Shown: positions 1-9,775 of the stretch, piece by piece
How the letters are laid out: the number at the start of each line of letters is the position of its first letter
Numbering within the stretch: position 1 is the stretch's first letter
Assembly (NCBI GenBank): GCA_965116925.1
Contig: OZ220744.1
Span: 576,001-640,000 of the forward strand
Direction: 5' to 3'
DNA length: 64,000 nucleotides
Source: Candidatus Poribacteria bacterium
GTDB lineage: Bacteria > Poribacteria > WGA-4E > PCPOR2b
Position numbers and translations under genes: made by a program
The notes under the pieces: model-generated
What the model saw: the letters and a program-made list of their open reading frames with translations, nothing else
The model's database searches: none
Told to the model about the DNA's origin: nothing

Positions 1-2070
1 GAGATCAGAGATTTCATTGTGCTCAAGTTCGAGGATCTCCAAGCTGATTAACTCTGCTATGGGCGATATATCGGAAACCTGATTATCTTTGAGTTTCAGG
101 TTAGTGAGATTTTTTAAGTTTTTTACGGGCGAGATGTCGGAAACCTGATTAGTGGGAAGTCTTAGCGATCGCAGATTTTTTGCAAACTGAATCCCTGTCA
201 AATCACGGATGCCCCTGTTCGCCGCATGGTTGCTTTCCAAGTAATGCAATCCTTCCATCTCCTGTACAGTAATCGGAGCATTAGGACTTTTGCCAAGTGC
301 CTCCGCAATCGCCGCACGTAGGTTGGAGTCAGGGATATGAACACCCCCGCCCGGTAGCAGATCCGGCTGCGATGGACTGTCAACCTCCGCCTCCGGGAAA
401 TCCAATGCGTAAATCATCGCATTAAAACTTGATGTCCACGCATCCCGTTTCATACTTCCATTTGGGCTGTCTAACACCAACAAACCAATATTCTGTAATC
501 CCACATTCTCACGTATCTTCTCTTGGAAGGCTTCGGTCTCTAACCCAATCACCGCAGCGGCATACGCAGCGTCCACCGGTCCCTGAAATACCTCATGGAA
601 ACGGGATATCGGCTCTATGTCGTCCACCGTCCCTCCCGTCGCTTCCAGTGCCACCCTATACCTATCCATATCTCCCCGCAAGAGCGCGTCCATCTCTGAC
701 TGTTCGACGTAGAGTCTCAGGGCGTGCGCTTTGTCATACGCTGGGGTCGCATTACTTTCTATTACTGAACGCACTTCGTCCTCAAAGGTCTTCATCCCCT
801 CTGTATGACAACCGAAACAGGATAAACCATTCCGCACCCTCGGGTCACTCGCAGCGGGATTGGAAACTATCTGTATCGGTGCCGCGTCCAACCGCGAACC
901 CGCCGCCGTCGTGATGTAGTAGCCTTGTAACCCGTTGGGAAGATTAAAGATAACCTCACCACCATCATGGGTGAAATTGAGTGGGTGGGTTAAGATGTTC
1001 TGTGTCCCAACACTCCCTGCAAAGTCATAACTCTTCCAATACGCGCCATAGCGAGAGGTGTGTCGCTCCACCACCCGGTTGTGATTGGAAACACCGGAAT
1101 TGTTGAAACCCGCCCGCCAGACATCAATTCCCGGTGCATTGGTGATATTGTATCCCACATCAACCTCCAGTCGAGTTTCTAACTCCCTATCTGTCAACGG
1201 CAAATCGAGTAGGTCATGATACAGTGGAGGTAGAGATGCTTGTGCGACAAGCCAATCGACGTGAATAGATGGTATATCAGCTTTCATCTCCCCCTGTAAC
1301 CGCGTCAGTTGTGCCTTTAGTGCGGACTGTTCGGGTGCGTCAAACGAGATGTGATAGGGATACGCCGCTTCTATCGTCGTCCAACCATCATTCCGATCCC
1401 ACTCATAGTGTCTTAGGTCGATATAGAAGATAGTCTCTTGTGGATCGATGGGTTGTGGGTTGGTAATTTCGCGCTTCCATGAGAGACTGTTGATCAGTTT
1501 GGAGAGCCCCTTGCGATACTCTTGGAGTATCCCCACAGACTCCCCTGCGTTATAGAGATGTGTCATTGTGAAGTAACGGGCATAGGCACGGTCAAAGGGT
1601 GTAAGTGACATCAGGTGGGTTTCAATGATATTGAGTATTTCAGCAGGAGAGATAAAGTCGCCATCGGTTGTAGGGACCGCTGCCCAATCGGGAGCACCAG
1701 CCAATATCCAGTTTTTCACTGTTTCAATCTGTGGATCGGGTAAAGGAGGACCTCCCAGCGGCATGAGTTGTCCCCCTTTTCCAAGGAGTCGCTTATACAG
1801 TCTAGACGCTTCTGGGTTTCCCGGAACAACGGGACCGTTTTCTGTAATGAGTGTGTTGTATTCCATCAAGAGAGTCTCTTTATAAGCACCGTCAGGACCG
1901 TGGCAGTTGAAGCAGCTCCGTTCAAAGATAGCGTAGGTCTCTAGGGCTATCTGTTGTTGAGCGGAGACGTTTTGAGAACCCACGATGAGTGTCAACAGAC
2001 AGATGAGTCTGATGCAATACTGCTGCCTACAAATCCGAATTAAATTGGGGGCTAAATGAGGCTTAAACAT
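1..2070 (-). CDS. Secreted diheme c-type cytochrome domain + leucine-rich-repeat protein (3' end beyond window)
   Basis: Hand-translated open frame from ATG 2070 (AGGAG RBS) to the window edge; signal-like N-terminus, CFNCH (1900-1914), CFGCH (805-819), then HIPDSNLRAAIAEALGK cap and LRRs (NQVSDISP). Absent from the ORF track because no stop is in the window. Confidence 0.85.
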   Translation of the reverse strand, partial: MFKPHLAPNLIRICRQQYCIRLICLLTLIVGSQNVSAQQQIALETYAIFERSCFNCHGPDGAYKETLLMEYNTLITENGPVVPGNPEASRLYKRLLGKGGQLMPLGGPPLPDPQIETVKNWILAGAPDWAAVPTTDGDFISPAEILNIIETHLMSLTPFDRAYARYFTMTHLYNAGESVGILQEYRKGLSKLINSLSWKREITNPQPIDPQETIFYIDLRHYEWDRNDGWTTIEAAYPYHISFDAPEQSALKAQLTRLQGEMKADIPSIHVDWLVAQASLPPLYHDLLDLPLTDRELETRLEVDVGYNITNAPGIDVWRAGFNNSGVSNHNRVVERHTSRYGAYWKSYDFAGSVGTQNILTHPLNFTHDGGEVIFNLPNGLQGYYITTAAGSRLDAAPIQIVSNPAASDPRVRNGLSCFGCHTEGMKTFEDEVRSVIESNATPAYDKAHALRLYVEQSEMDALLRGDMDRYRVALEATGGTVDDIEPISRFHEVFQGPVDAAYAAAVIGLETEAFQEKIRENVGLQNIGLLVLDSPNGSMKRDAWTSSFNAMIYALDFPEAEVDSPSQPDLLPGGGVHIPDSNLRAAIAEALGKSPNAPITVQEMEGLHYLESNHAANRGIRDLTGIQFAKNLRSLRLPTNQVSDISPVKNLKNLTNLKLKDNQVSDISPIAELISLEILELEHNEISDL

Positions 2071-2242
2071 GAAGAGTGTCTCCTGATATGCTAGTTTGTA
2101 ACGGTTGAAAGGAAGCGAAGAAATTGTTTTTCATAGATCCCCGTCTTTACAATTATGGTGAAGTCTAAAAATAAATAGACACTCAAAGGAGTAGGCACAT
2201 CGCTTTGCATCCCGCCTGCGGGGCACCGTGTGCCGTAACTCC

Positions 2243-3043
2243 TTACCAAGCAGATTTCCGAACCACACGGAAGCCAAACGTATAACACGCAATATAGTGC
2301 CGAAAACGGGAGGCAGTACGGACGCTGCACGCGCTCCGTTGCCCTCGATACCACGAGCCGCCACGCACCACATAATACTCACCGCTATCAGGACCTTGAG
2401 GATTACGAGACGGAGCATGGTGATAGTAGTCTGTCGCGAACCAGTCGTGGCACCACTCCCAGACATTGGCGGCACAATCCATCACACCGTAAGGTGATCC
2501 ACCCCGTGGATAGCTGCCCACAGGCGTTGTCCCCCTCCCCGCAATATTGCATCTATCTTCATCGAATTCATTTCCCCAGGGCCAAAAGCGTCCGTCGCAG
2601 CCTCGCGCTGCTTTCTCCCACTGCGCCTCGGTTGGCAAACCGATTGCGACGCCCGTTTCCTTGCTGAACCACTCACAGTAGGCGAGGGCATCCTTGCGCG
2701 TTACGCACACAACGGGGTGATCAAGCCTTTCCTCAAGTGGGGCTTCTCGCAACTTATACCAGATCGATTTACCGAGTCCATCTAACTCCCGTTCCGTCCG
2801 ATAGCCGGTCTCGTCGACAAATGCCTTAAATTGCCGGTTCGTCACCGTATATTTCGCAATGGTGTATTCAGAGAGATAGACTTCTCGTTGTGGCTGCTCG
2901 CGCGCAAGCCACTCATCGGGAAATTCGGAGTCAAGCTCCTTGATGCGATGGTCCTGCGCTGCATCCGATCCCATGATGAATTCACCCGCAGGGATAGTGA
3001 TCCATTCCATTTCGTCCGGTTTTGTGATTATACGTTCCTGCAT
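2243..3043 (-). CDS. Formylglycine-generating enzyme (SUMF1/FGE-sulfatase) domain protein
   Basis: IPAGEFIMGS, HPVVCV, LPTEAQWEKAARG, NVWEW, RGGSW, GFRVV motifs. Confidence 0.9.
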   Translation of the reverse strand: MQERIITKPDEMEWITIPAGEFIMGSDAAQDHRIKELDSEFPDEWLAREQPQREVYLSEYTIAKYTVTNRQFKAFVDETGYRTERELDGLGKSIWYKLREAPLEERLDHPVVCVTRKDALAYCEWFSKETGVAIGLPTEAQWEKAARGCDGRFWPWGNEFDEDRCNIAGRGTTPVGSYPRGGSPYGVMDCAANVWEWCHDWFATDYYHHAPSRNPQGPDSGEYYVVRGGSWYRGQRSACSVRTASRFRHYIACYTFGFRVVRKSAW

Positions 3044-3209
3044 CTAAGTTCCTTCAGATAATTGAGGGATGCTCATAAATAGCTTTCAATGCGTCCGCAC
3101 ATCAGGAGAAAGATTTCCTTTCCACAGTGGGAGAGGTGTTCGGTGATCCCGTGTGCTATAAACATATCGCCCCGATAATCGGGATTTTCACGCATCACGT
3201 AGTCTATCC

Positions 3210-3322
3210 AGAAAATTCTTAAATCCAGAAAATCCTGATTCAGACAATAATCCGCGCAATCTGTGTCATCTGCTTAATCCGCGATTCAGACAATAATTAT
3301 GAGCACCCTTCACTTAATTTTG
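3210..3322. repeat. Dispersed repeat family 'TGTCTGAATC(G/A)CGGATT..'
   Basis: Related copies at about 15558-15606, 58313-58360 and 61721-61795. Confidence 0.75.
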
Positions 3323-3480
3323 GGCACATCATCCATAGCCATTAAAAGATAGGCATCTTTTATATTTTCTTCCAATTCCTCAAGGGTTTCCCCTTGTGTC
3401 ATTATTTCCGGATGTTCAAGAAGTTTTCCTAACCAAAATTTGTCCGATTTCCAATAGACCATTGTCATTTTAGGTTTCAT
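3310..3480 (-). pseudogene. hicB: HicB-family antitoxin, C-terminus clipped by a repeat; no hicA partner
   Basis: TQGETLEELEENIKDA HicB motif, GGAGG RBS; the last codons run into a repeat also seen at 61721. Confidence 0.7.
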
Positions 3481-3579
3481 GGTTGCACCTCCGATTGATA
3501 ACATCGTGTCTGTTAAGACGTTGGAATGTACATCATGGCACCGCTGTGAAGCCTTGAGTATATGATTCCCTTCGAGTGA

Positions 3580-3939
3580 TCACTTTGTCCGCACTTCAGA
3601 ATCGTAAATCAGAAACTGAATAATCGGTTCAGCGGTTTTCGGCGTCAAACCCGACCCCGGCTTCCGCATCATTTTGTAGACATACTTACGCCACGCCTCC
3701 CCAGTAAATTCTGAGTTAATTGGACGGGCGAGAGTATGGCAACGACTACATTTTTGCTCAAACAGTTTGTAGTTTTCCTGCATTTCCGACGAGTAGGTGG
3801 ATACATCAATAAAGTTGGGACCCTTGTCCGCCGGAAAAATTTTCGGGGTCGCCTGTGGCATCCTGACCAGTGAAACAGTTATAATTACCATTAAACCAAC
3901 TACCAATACCACTGAAATCCAAACAACGGGTTGACGCAT
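3580..3939 (-). CDS. Membrane-anchored monoheme cytochrome c
   Basis: N-terminal TM helix, CSRCH motif, distal Met (KMM). Confidence 0.75.
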   Translation of the reverse strand: MRQPVVWISVVLVVGLMVIITVSLVRMPQATPKIFPADKGPNFIDVSTYSSEMQENYKLFEQKCSRCHTLARPINSEFTGEAWRKYVYKMMRKPGSGLTPKTAEPIIQFLIYDSEVRTK

Positions 3940-4030
3940 CTATCAGTTCTCCTATGAGTTCTCAATTGGATATACTCTAATACGCTCGCTCAGTTTCTGT
4001 CAATCTTTTTTCTCTCAACAGCAAGACACC

Positions 4031-4083
4031 GTAGGGGCGGGGTAACTCCGCCCGTAGTAGGGATTGGGTAACCCAACCCCTAC
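4031..4083. repeat. REP doublet (GTAGGGGCGGG..CCGCCC..GGGT..CCCAACCCCTAC)
   Basis: GTAG...CTAC bounded pair of hairpins; copies at 21029-21078, 42576-42628 and reversed near 56257-56309. Confidence 0.8.
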
Positions 4084-4140
4084 AAATGTACAAAGGGTTT
4101 TCACGTTTCACGCGCTTTCCATTTTACATTTTCTTTTACT

Positions 4141-5169
4141 ATGAGCCTATCAGTTTACCACTTCCAATACAAGCAGGTCAGCGGTCATGAGGGAATCATT
4201 GGACGGCTATCCGAGTCCGAAATTGTGAATCTATTACCGCGTGTGATAGAGATTGCGACGCCGGAGATCTACCCGCCAGGGAGTATCGTCTGGCATGAAG
4301 GCGAATTGAGGCATGAAGAAATCGAGCGATGTCGGTGGCTGACCTTTCTGACACAAATCGACACGTTCATTCGGGAGGCTGAGGCTGCCAATCAAGACCA
4401 ACGGATAGCGGAGACCCTACGGCAGGATTACGATGCCTTTTGTGCCTTCGTTGAATCTGGTATCCATCAACCGATCCTCACGCTCGACAAAGACTGGATT
4501 GCCACAGTCGCACCACAGGCATTTGATTATCAATCTCCGGCGAGGCAGTCTCCATACCTGATTCGTGCGATGCTGAATCTCAGCTACAACGCGGGACCCA
4601 TTGGTAGTGTGCTAGATCCGATGGGTGGTTATGGGCAGACACTTTTCGAGTGCGTGTTAAGAGGGATTAATGGTGCGACGTTAGAGATTTCTCCCACAGC
4701 CTCGAAGCGAAGTGCCGAGAATCTCCGAAAACTCTTGCAGCGGCTTGGGATACCTTTTGAGGAATCCCACGATAGTACATGTCATCTTTTCACAACCCAC
4801 AGCATTCCCCAAAACCGGTATCAGATCATCAACGGCGATACACGGGAGGCGCATCGATATCTACTTAACCAACAATTCGATAGTCTGATCACAGATTTCC
4901 CTTACGGTATCCGCGCCGGAAGCCGAAACGAAAAGCTCACACCCATTCCATTAGATGAGCTGTTAGATGCCGCGCTGCCAAGTTGGGGACGCCTACTCAA
5001 ACCGAACGGGACAGTTGTGATTGCGTATAATTTGAAGGCGTTGCCACGCGAAATAGTGCTCGATCTGATTCAGAAACACAGGTTTCGCCAGCGTTTCGCC
5101 CATGCTGACCTACGCGAGCGGATCTCTCGTAAGATCCATCGAGATATCATAGCGTTTGAAAAAGTATAA
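4141..5169 (+). CDS. SAM-dependent methyltransferase (TRM11/UPF0020-like)
   Basis: VLDPMGGYGQT motif I and ITDFPYG motif IV. Confidence 0.7.
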   Translation: MSLSVYHFQYKQVSGHEGIIGRLSESEIVNLLPRVIEIATPEIYPPGSIVWHEGELRHEEIERCRWLTFLTQIDTFIREAEAANQDQRIAETLRQDYDAFCAFVESGIHQPILTLDKDWIATVAPQAFDYQSPARQSPYLIRAMLNLSYNAGPIGSVLDPMGGYGQTLFECVLRGINGATLEISPTASKRSAENLRKLLQRLGIPFEESHDSTCHLFTTHSIPQNRYQIINGDTREAHRYLLNQQFDSLITDFPYGIRAGSRNEKLTPIPLDELLDAALPSWGRLLKPNGTVVIAYNLKALPREIVLDLIQKHRFRQRFAHADLRERISRKIHRDIIAFEKV

Positions 5170-5170
5170 G

Positions 5171-5204
5171 AGAAACCGAGTTTTTTCTTGAAAACTCGGT
5201 TTCT
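5171..5204. repeat. Palindrome AGAAACCGAGTTTT..AAAACTCGGTTTCT (possible bidirectional terminator)
   Basis: Perfect 14-bp arms between convergent genes; second copy at about 36955-36987. Confidence 0.7.
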
Positions 5205-5355
5205 GTTGCACCTCGCCCGGATTTACTTTATAAAACTGTAGGCGGGGCATCTTGCCCCGCCCGTCCGTGCCAAAAACTCGGGTTCTTTGCACTAAATCTT
5301 AACGTGAGTAAATAAAAAACTCTGTGCATTCTGCTTACTCTGCGTTAAAAAGGGT

Positions 5356-6375
5356 TCACCGATAATTTGGCACCGGCACAACCTCACCATCCCTTTCAGC
5401 AGACAGGTGTGCACAAATTCCCGGCGCAGTATACTCCATCGCTTCGTAAACATCAATTGGCGGTTTCGTATCGTTCAGGATGGATTCGATGAACCCGTCA
5501 ACGATTCTGCTTTCGGCGACTCCGTGACCACTATCATCACTGGTGAAAGGGGTCATCTCTCGGTCAGGGGCTATTCCACGGAAGTATCCACTCGCTCTGT
5601 CCTTATATTGACGTTTACTTTCTAACGCGCCCTTTGTGCCGTAGACAACATACCAGTGAAATGCCGGGTGACGTTCAATTGAAAAGCCGCACAGGATCTT
5701 GACGACTGCACCGCTCTCCATCTGAAACAGTCCAACCTCAAGGTCAATTACACCGAGGTCGGGTGCGATATTAGAGCCGGTATTTAACCCCGTCGCTGCG
5801 ACGCACCGGTCTTCCATTATAAAAATTAGGGGTCCAAGACTATGGGTGCAGTATTGGATTGGCGGCATCTTGGCGCGCCACGTCAACGTCCCATCGCTAC
5901 GCCGCATCATGCCTCGGCAGTCGTGAATATATTCGGCTTCGGCGTAGATAATCTTCCCAAGTTCGCCAGCGCGGATCTGTTCCTTCCATGTGAGGTGCAT
6001 ATCGCTATAGCAGCAGTTCTCAGCGAGCATATATTTCAATCCGGTCTTTTCAACAGTTTGAACAACCGCTTCACACTCTGACAGTGTGTATGCCGCTGGC
6101 ACTTCACAGAGGACATGCTTCCCACCTTCCAATGCGACGATTGTGTGGTCGGCGTGTTGCGGCATCTCAGTGCAGATAACCACTATATCCAGATCGTGTC
6201 TTAGAAAATCCTCGTAATCCGTGTATCTTGACACATTGGCCGGACAGTCAGCCACCTCCAATCGAGATCTATCTGCATCGCACACCGCAACAATTTCTGC
6301 TTGATCTTGCTCCGAAAAGCGGTCTAGGTATACACGCCCGCGCCCTAACCCCACGACACCAACCTTTAACTTCAT
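5356..6375 (-). CDS. Gfo/Idh/MocA family oxidoreductase
   Basis: VGVVGLGRG Rossmann start, KHVLCEVP motif. Confidence 0.9.
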   Translation of the reverse strand: MKLKVGVVGLGRGRVYLDRFSEQDQAEIVAVCDADRSRLEVADCPANVSRYTDYEDFLRHDLDIVVICTEMPQHADHTIVALEGGKHVLCEVPAAYTLSECEAVVQTVEKTGLKYMLAENCCYSDMHLTWKEQIRAGELGKIIYAEAEYIHDCRGMMRRSDGTLTWRAKMPPIQYCTHSLGPLIFIMEDRCVAATGLNTGSNIAPDLGVIDLEVGLFQMESGAVVKILCGFSIERHPAFHWYVVYGTKGALESKRQYKDRASGYFRGIAPDREMTPFTSDDSGHGVAESRIVDGFIESILNDTKPPIDVYEAMEYTAPGICAHLSAERDGEVVPVPNYR

Positions 6376-6386
6376 CAGTTTTCTCC

Positions 6387-6899
6387 TTAACGACTGTGCA
6401 AGATATGATATGCAGCAATTCCCAACGACACATGAACGTTCAGCGAAGCCCCTTTGCCGTACATCGGGATGTAGACGGTCATATCGCAGGCGGCGAGGGT
6501 CCGCTTTGTGACACCGTGGTCCTCATGTCCAACAATTAGGCAAAGCTTATCGGGATATTCGGTCTCATTGTACGGCACAGATGCTGCGGTTATCTCTAAC
6601 GCGCAGCTAGCATAGCCTTGTGCTTTGAGGTCTAAAATTGCATCCGCTGCCTGTTCCACATAGCTCCACTTCACCCGCCGATCTCTGCCCCGTCCAACCT
6701 TCCGAATCAACGGGTGCGGCGGACGTGCGCTAATCCCTGTCAAAATGAGTTGACGCACACCGGCTGCGTCCGCTATCCGAAACGCAGATCCAACGTTGAC
6801 CGGATCTTCGACGTCCTGCAAAATAAAGATGAGTTCTCTATCCGGACGTTTCGCCCCTTTGAGAAAATCCTTGAGCGGTTTGCCACGCAGCTGTTTCAC
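6387..6899 (-). CDS. TrmH/SpoU family RNA methyltransferase
   Basis: DPVNVGSAFR, GHEDHG, IPMYG..SLNV SPOUT motifs. Confidence 0.9.
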   Translation of the reverse strand: MKQLRGKPLKDFLKGAKRPDRELIFILQDVEDPVNVGSAFRIADAAGVRQLILTGISARPPHPLIRKVGRGRDRRVKWSYVEQAADAILDLKAQGYASCALEITAASVPYNETEYPDKLCLIVGHEDHGVTKRTLAACDMTVYIPMYGKGASLNVHVSLGIAAYHILHSR

Positions 6900-7600
6900 T
6901 GTTCAATCTCCCCTTCCAATGCCTCGGGTTTCTCCCTGTCTTTGCCGGCAATGTAGAGAACACAAAGGGTCACAACTATTGCAATCGCCATCCATAAAAC
7001 ACCCCACGCAATGGTCGGAATATACGGCGTTATCTCTTCGTGAAGCATACGGGCATCGGACCGGAGATGGGAGCGGTCTATAATATCGCTCTTGATGTCG
7101 AGAATCGCATAAAGACAACTGGTCAAGCCAATAACTCGTAGCAACCACTCATTAATTGACTCTGGAAGCAATCTGCCTACAATAATCAATACCCCGCCGA
7201 ACCCAACGCCAAATAGAAAACCGAAAGTGTTTCGCAGATAGAAGATCGAAATAAGAATCATGCCGATACCAACAACAGCACTGATCAATTTCCCAAGGTG
7301 CGTCCGTGCTGCGAGAATCAGAATCAACCCACCCCACATTAGACTCCCAAGATAGCCGGCGGTGAGTGTCCAGAAACGTGAACCGCCTGCCGTGATTGCG
7401 TGTCCACCCTCTTCAGGTACAATCTGAATCTCTTTGATACTACCACCCGTCGCAAGCGCAGCGAGACCGTGACTGACCTCGTGCATAAAAACGACGAAAA
7501 TCTTGAGTGGGTAAACGACCGGTGTATTCCAAAGAAAAGCGATGACGATGAAAATACCAATCAAGCGAATGTCTAATCGTTTGAAGAATTTTATGATCAT
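6896..7600 (-). CDS. M50B-like membrane metallopeptidase
   Basis: HEVSH zinc motif, AGYLG, SDA motif, several TM helices; start uncertain (ORF extends to 7657). Confidence 0.85.
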   Translation of the reverse strand: MIIKFFKRLDIRLIGIFIVIAFLWNTPVVYPLKIFVVFMHEVSHGLAALATGGSIKEIQIVPEEGGHAITAGGSRFWTLTAGYLGSLMWGGLILILAARTHLGKLISAVVGIGMILISIFYLRNTFGFLFGVGFGGVLIIVGRLLPESINEWLLRVIGLTSCLYAILDIKSDIIDRSHLRSDARMLHEEITPYIPTIAWGVLWMAIAIVVTLCVLYIAGKDREKPEALEGEIEQ

Positions 7601-7858
7601 ATTTGCTTTCGTGAACTTTTGGTTGATATTCAGGGGTGGATGTGCTATATTTGCCAAGTATTCACATCAATGCCTTCAAGTCTCAGATGAGAGTTAGAGT
7701 AACGGATGCATCGCCGATTTGTCAAGGCGTTTTCAGTCTCGATAGGGTCATTTAATTCTCCTGTAGGAGAGATCTCCGAATCCCGACACCTCACTCTATC
7801 CCATCGGAACACATTTCGGTAGATCCTCAAATGTCTCTATTAAGAAGCGATGCGAAAT

Positions 7859-7991
7859 TATAGTGGATTAAAGAAATAAGTAGACATTTATACTGCGACC
7901 TTTGTGAAGTTTCCAAAGTCCCCCTGATAAGGGGGATTTAGGGGGTTGGCTAGGCATTGGGAGTGTCTAAGTAATTCTAGAATCTACCATA
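7859..7991. mobile_element. MITE family A shell (TAGTG..TACCA, TA flanks) carrying CCCCTGATAAGGGG hairpin cargo
   Basis: About 30-bp imperfect TIRs shared with other A copies; cargo shared with 27135-27168 and 37066-37097. Confidence 0.75.
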
Positions 7992-8008
7992 AACTGGAGA
8001 GCAGTATA

Positions 8009-9091
8009 ATGGGAAATACCTTGGGTCATCTCTTTCGGATTACAACATGGGGCGAATCGCACGGCGGAGCGATCGGCGTCGTGATTGACGGCTGCCCACC
8101 ACAACTCAAAATAGATATCAACACCATTCAGGCGGAACTTGACCGACGGCGACCGGGGCAGAGCCATCTCACAACCTCACGTCAGGAGGAAGATCAGGTA
8201 GAGATTTTGTCCGGCGTTTTCGAGGGGCAAACACTTGGATCGCCGATCTCAATGTTAGTATGGAACAAAGACGCGAAACCCTCCGCCTACGAACACCTCA
8301 AGGACGTGTATCGACCGTCGCACGCTGACTTTACCTACCAACAGAAGTTTGGTCTTCGTAACTGGCAAGGCGGCGGCAGGGCAAGTGCCCGTGAGACAAT
8401 CGGACGGGTGGCAGCGGGCGCGATCGCAAAACAGATTTTACGCGAACAGTGTGGGACAGAGACCCTCGCTTACGTGAAGCAGGTTCACACAATTGAAGCG
8501 GAAGTCGATTCGGAGGTTGTAACGCTTGATGAAATTGAATCCAGCCTCGTTCGATGTCCAGACCCCAGAGCCAGCGAGAAGATGGCGGAGTGTATCGATC
8601 AAGCGAGACGGGATGGCGACTCCCTCGGCGGGATTATCGAATCGGTATCCCGGAATGTGCCTATTGGGCTCGGTGAACCGGTGTTCGACAAACTCAAGGC
8701 AGATTTGGCAAAGGCGATGATGTCCCTCCCAGCGACGATGGGCTTCCAGATCGGTTCGGGGTTTGGCGGTGTGGTCGGCACAGGTTCACAGCACAACGAT
8801 CCCTTCTACAACGACGACAGGCGCATTCGCACACGGACGAACAATTCCGGCGGAACACAGGGCGGCATCTCAAACGGCGAAAACATCGTTTTTCAGATCG
8901 CCTTCAAGCCAACAGCCACCATCCGCAAGGAACAGGAGACGGTAGACCTCGACGGGAACCCTGTCACACTATCAGCGCATGGACGGCATGATCCGTGCGT
9001 TTTGCCCCGCGCGCCTGCCATTGTCGAAGCGATGACTGCGCTGGTATTAGTCGATCATTTCCTGCGACAGCGCGCAAAAACTCTGGATTGA
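8009..9091 (+). CDS. aroC: Chorismate synthase
   Basis: [35 protein letters not shown] signatures; GGAGA RBS. Confidence 0.97.
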   Translation: MGNTLGHLFRITTWGESHGGAIGVVIDGCPPQLKIDINTIQAELDRRRPGQSHLTTSRQEEDQVEILSGVFEGQTLGSPISMLVWNKDAKPSAYEHLKDVYRPSHADFTYQQKFGLRNWQGGGRASARETIGRVAAGAIAKQILREQCGTETLAYVKQVHTIEAEVDSEVVTLDEIESSLVRCPDPRASEKMAECIDQARRDGDSLGGIIESVSRNVPIGLGEPVFDKLKADLAKAMMSLPATMGFQIGSGFGGVVGTGSQHNDPFYNDDRRIRTRTNNSGGTQGGISNGENIVFQIAFKPTATIRKEQETVDLDGNPVTLSAHGRHDPCVLPRAPAIVEAMTALVLVDHFLRQRAKTLD

Positions 9092-9181
9092 TCAACCCTA
9101 TCCCGGTAGGTGCGGTTTCCAACCGCACCGAATTTAGTTCCTAGGTTGGGTAGAGCGACAGCGAAACCCAACTCCAATGAA

Positions 9182-9301
9182 CCGATGCTTTTTAAGCGAT
9201 TTTGGATTGATCCCGCCATCGCCACGGGCCCCTTTACCACCTCGGTTGACGTGTTCGGTATCCTATTCTACTGCATAATCGTCCGCATCTTCCTCTTCTA
9301 A
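9182..9301 (+). pseudogene. C-terminal remnant of an MgtE Mg2+ transporter
   Basis: PMLFKRFWIDPAIATGPFTTSVDVFGILFY resembles the MgtE last helices (DPA..GPF.T..D); rest of gene absent. Confidence 0.7.
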
Positions 9302-9313
9302 CCTTCGCTCCAG

Positions 9314-9430
9314 ATGAAGTTTAAGTATTTAAATCGGTAATCCCGATTTTCCTCGAAGCATATGGTAGGCGCGGTTTGCAACCGCGCTGGTGTCGATAGC
9401 AAATTACCCAATTAATAAATTAATCTTCAT
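9314..9430. mobile_element. MITE family D (ATGAAG..CTTCAT ends) with GTAGGCGCGGTT..AACCGCGC REP cargo; uninterrupted copy
   Basis: About 28-bp imperfect TIRs; interrupted homologs at 46543-46765 and 62314-62704. Confidence 0.75.
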
Positions 9431-9468
9431 GAGGAGCGATATATGTTAGCAGTTACGCACTTCAGATT

Positions 9469-9775
9469 GTAGTTGCCCGATTTATCGGGTTGTAGTTGCC
9501 CGATTCATCGGGCGTATCGGCATGTGGTACAACCTACACCCGTCGTAGCGGAGCATCTTGCCTCGCATTGGGGTTGAAACATTGAACGACAGCCTCTCAT
9601 CGTTCAACTGCACAAGTCCTATATGCATTAAAACATACCACCTCCGTAGGTCGGGCATCCCCGATAAATCGGGATCCAAAGCGACTTGCCCGTCCTCCAA
9701 AGCCCCAGAGGGGCGATATGTGTATAGCACACAGGTAAACCAATTCCCCAAGCCCCAGCGGGGCGACATGTGTGT
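9469..9775. repeat. Cluster of REP-like palindromes (GTAGTTGCCCGATT.ATCGGG; GCCCCAG.GGGGCGA.ATGT)
   Basis: Multiple hairpins with copies at 18150, 54016, 62482 and 10345, 58288, 62815. Confidence 0.7.

Noticed and set aside
198..1885. Small ORFs 198..383, 429..914 and 1625..1885
   Set aside because: Shadow frames of the 1..2070 minus-strand gene
4098..4140. TTTCACG-like heptamer runs (also near 25620 and 53937)
   Set aside because: Short and degenerate; cannot be separated from low-complexity sequence by eye
7946..8008. Longer aroC start
   Set aside because: Lies within MITE A; the RBS supports ATG 8009
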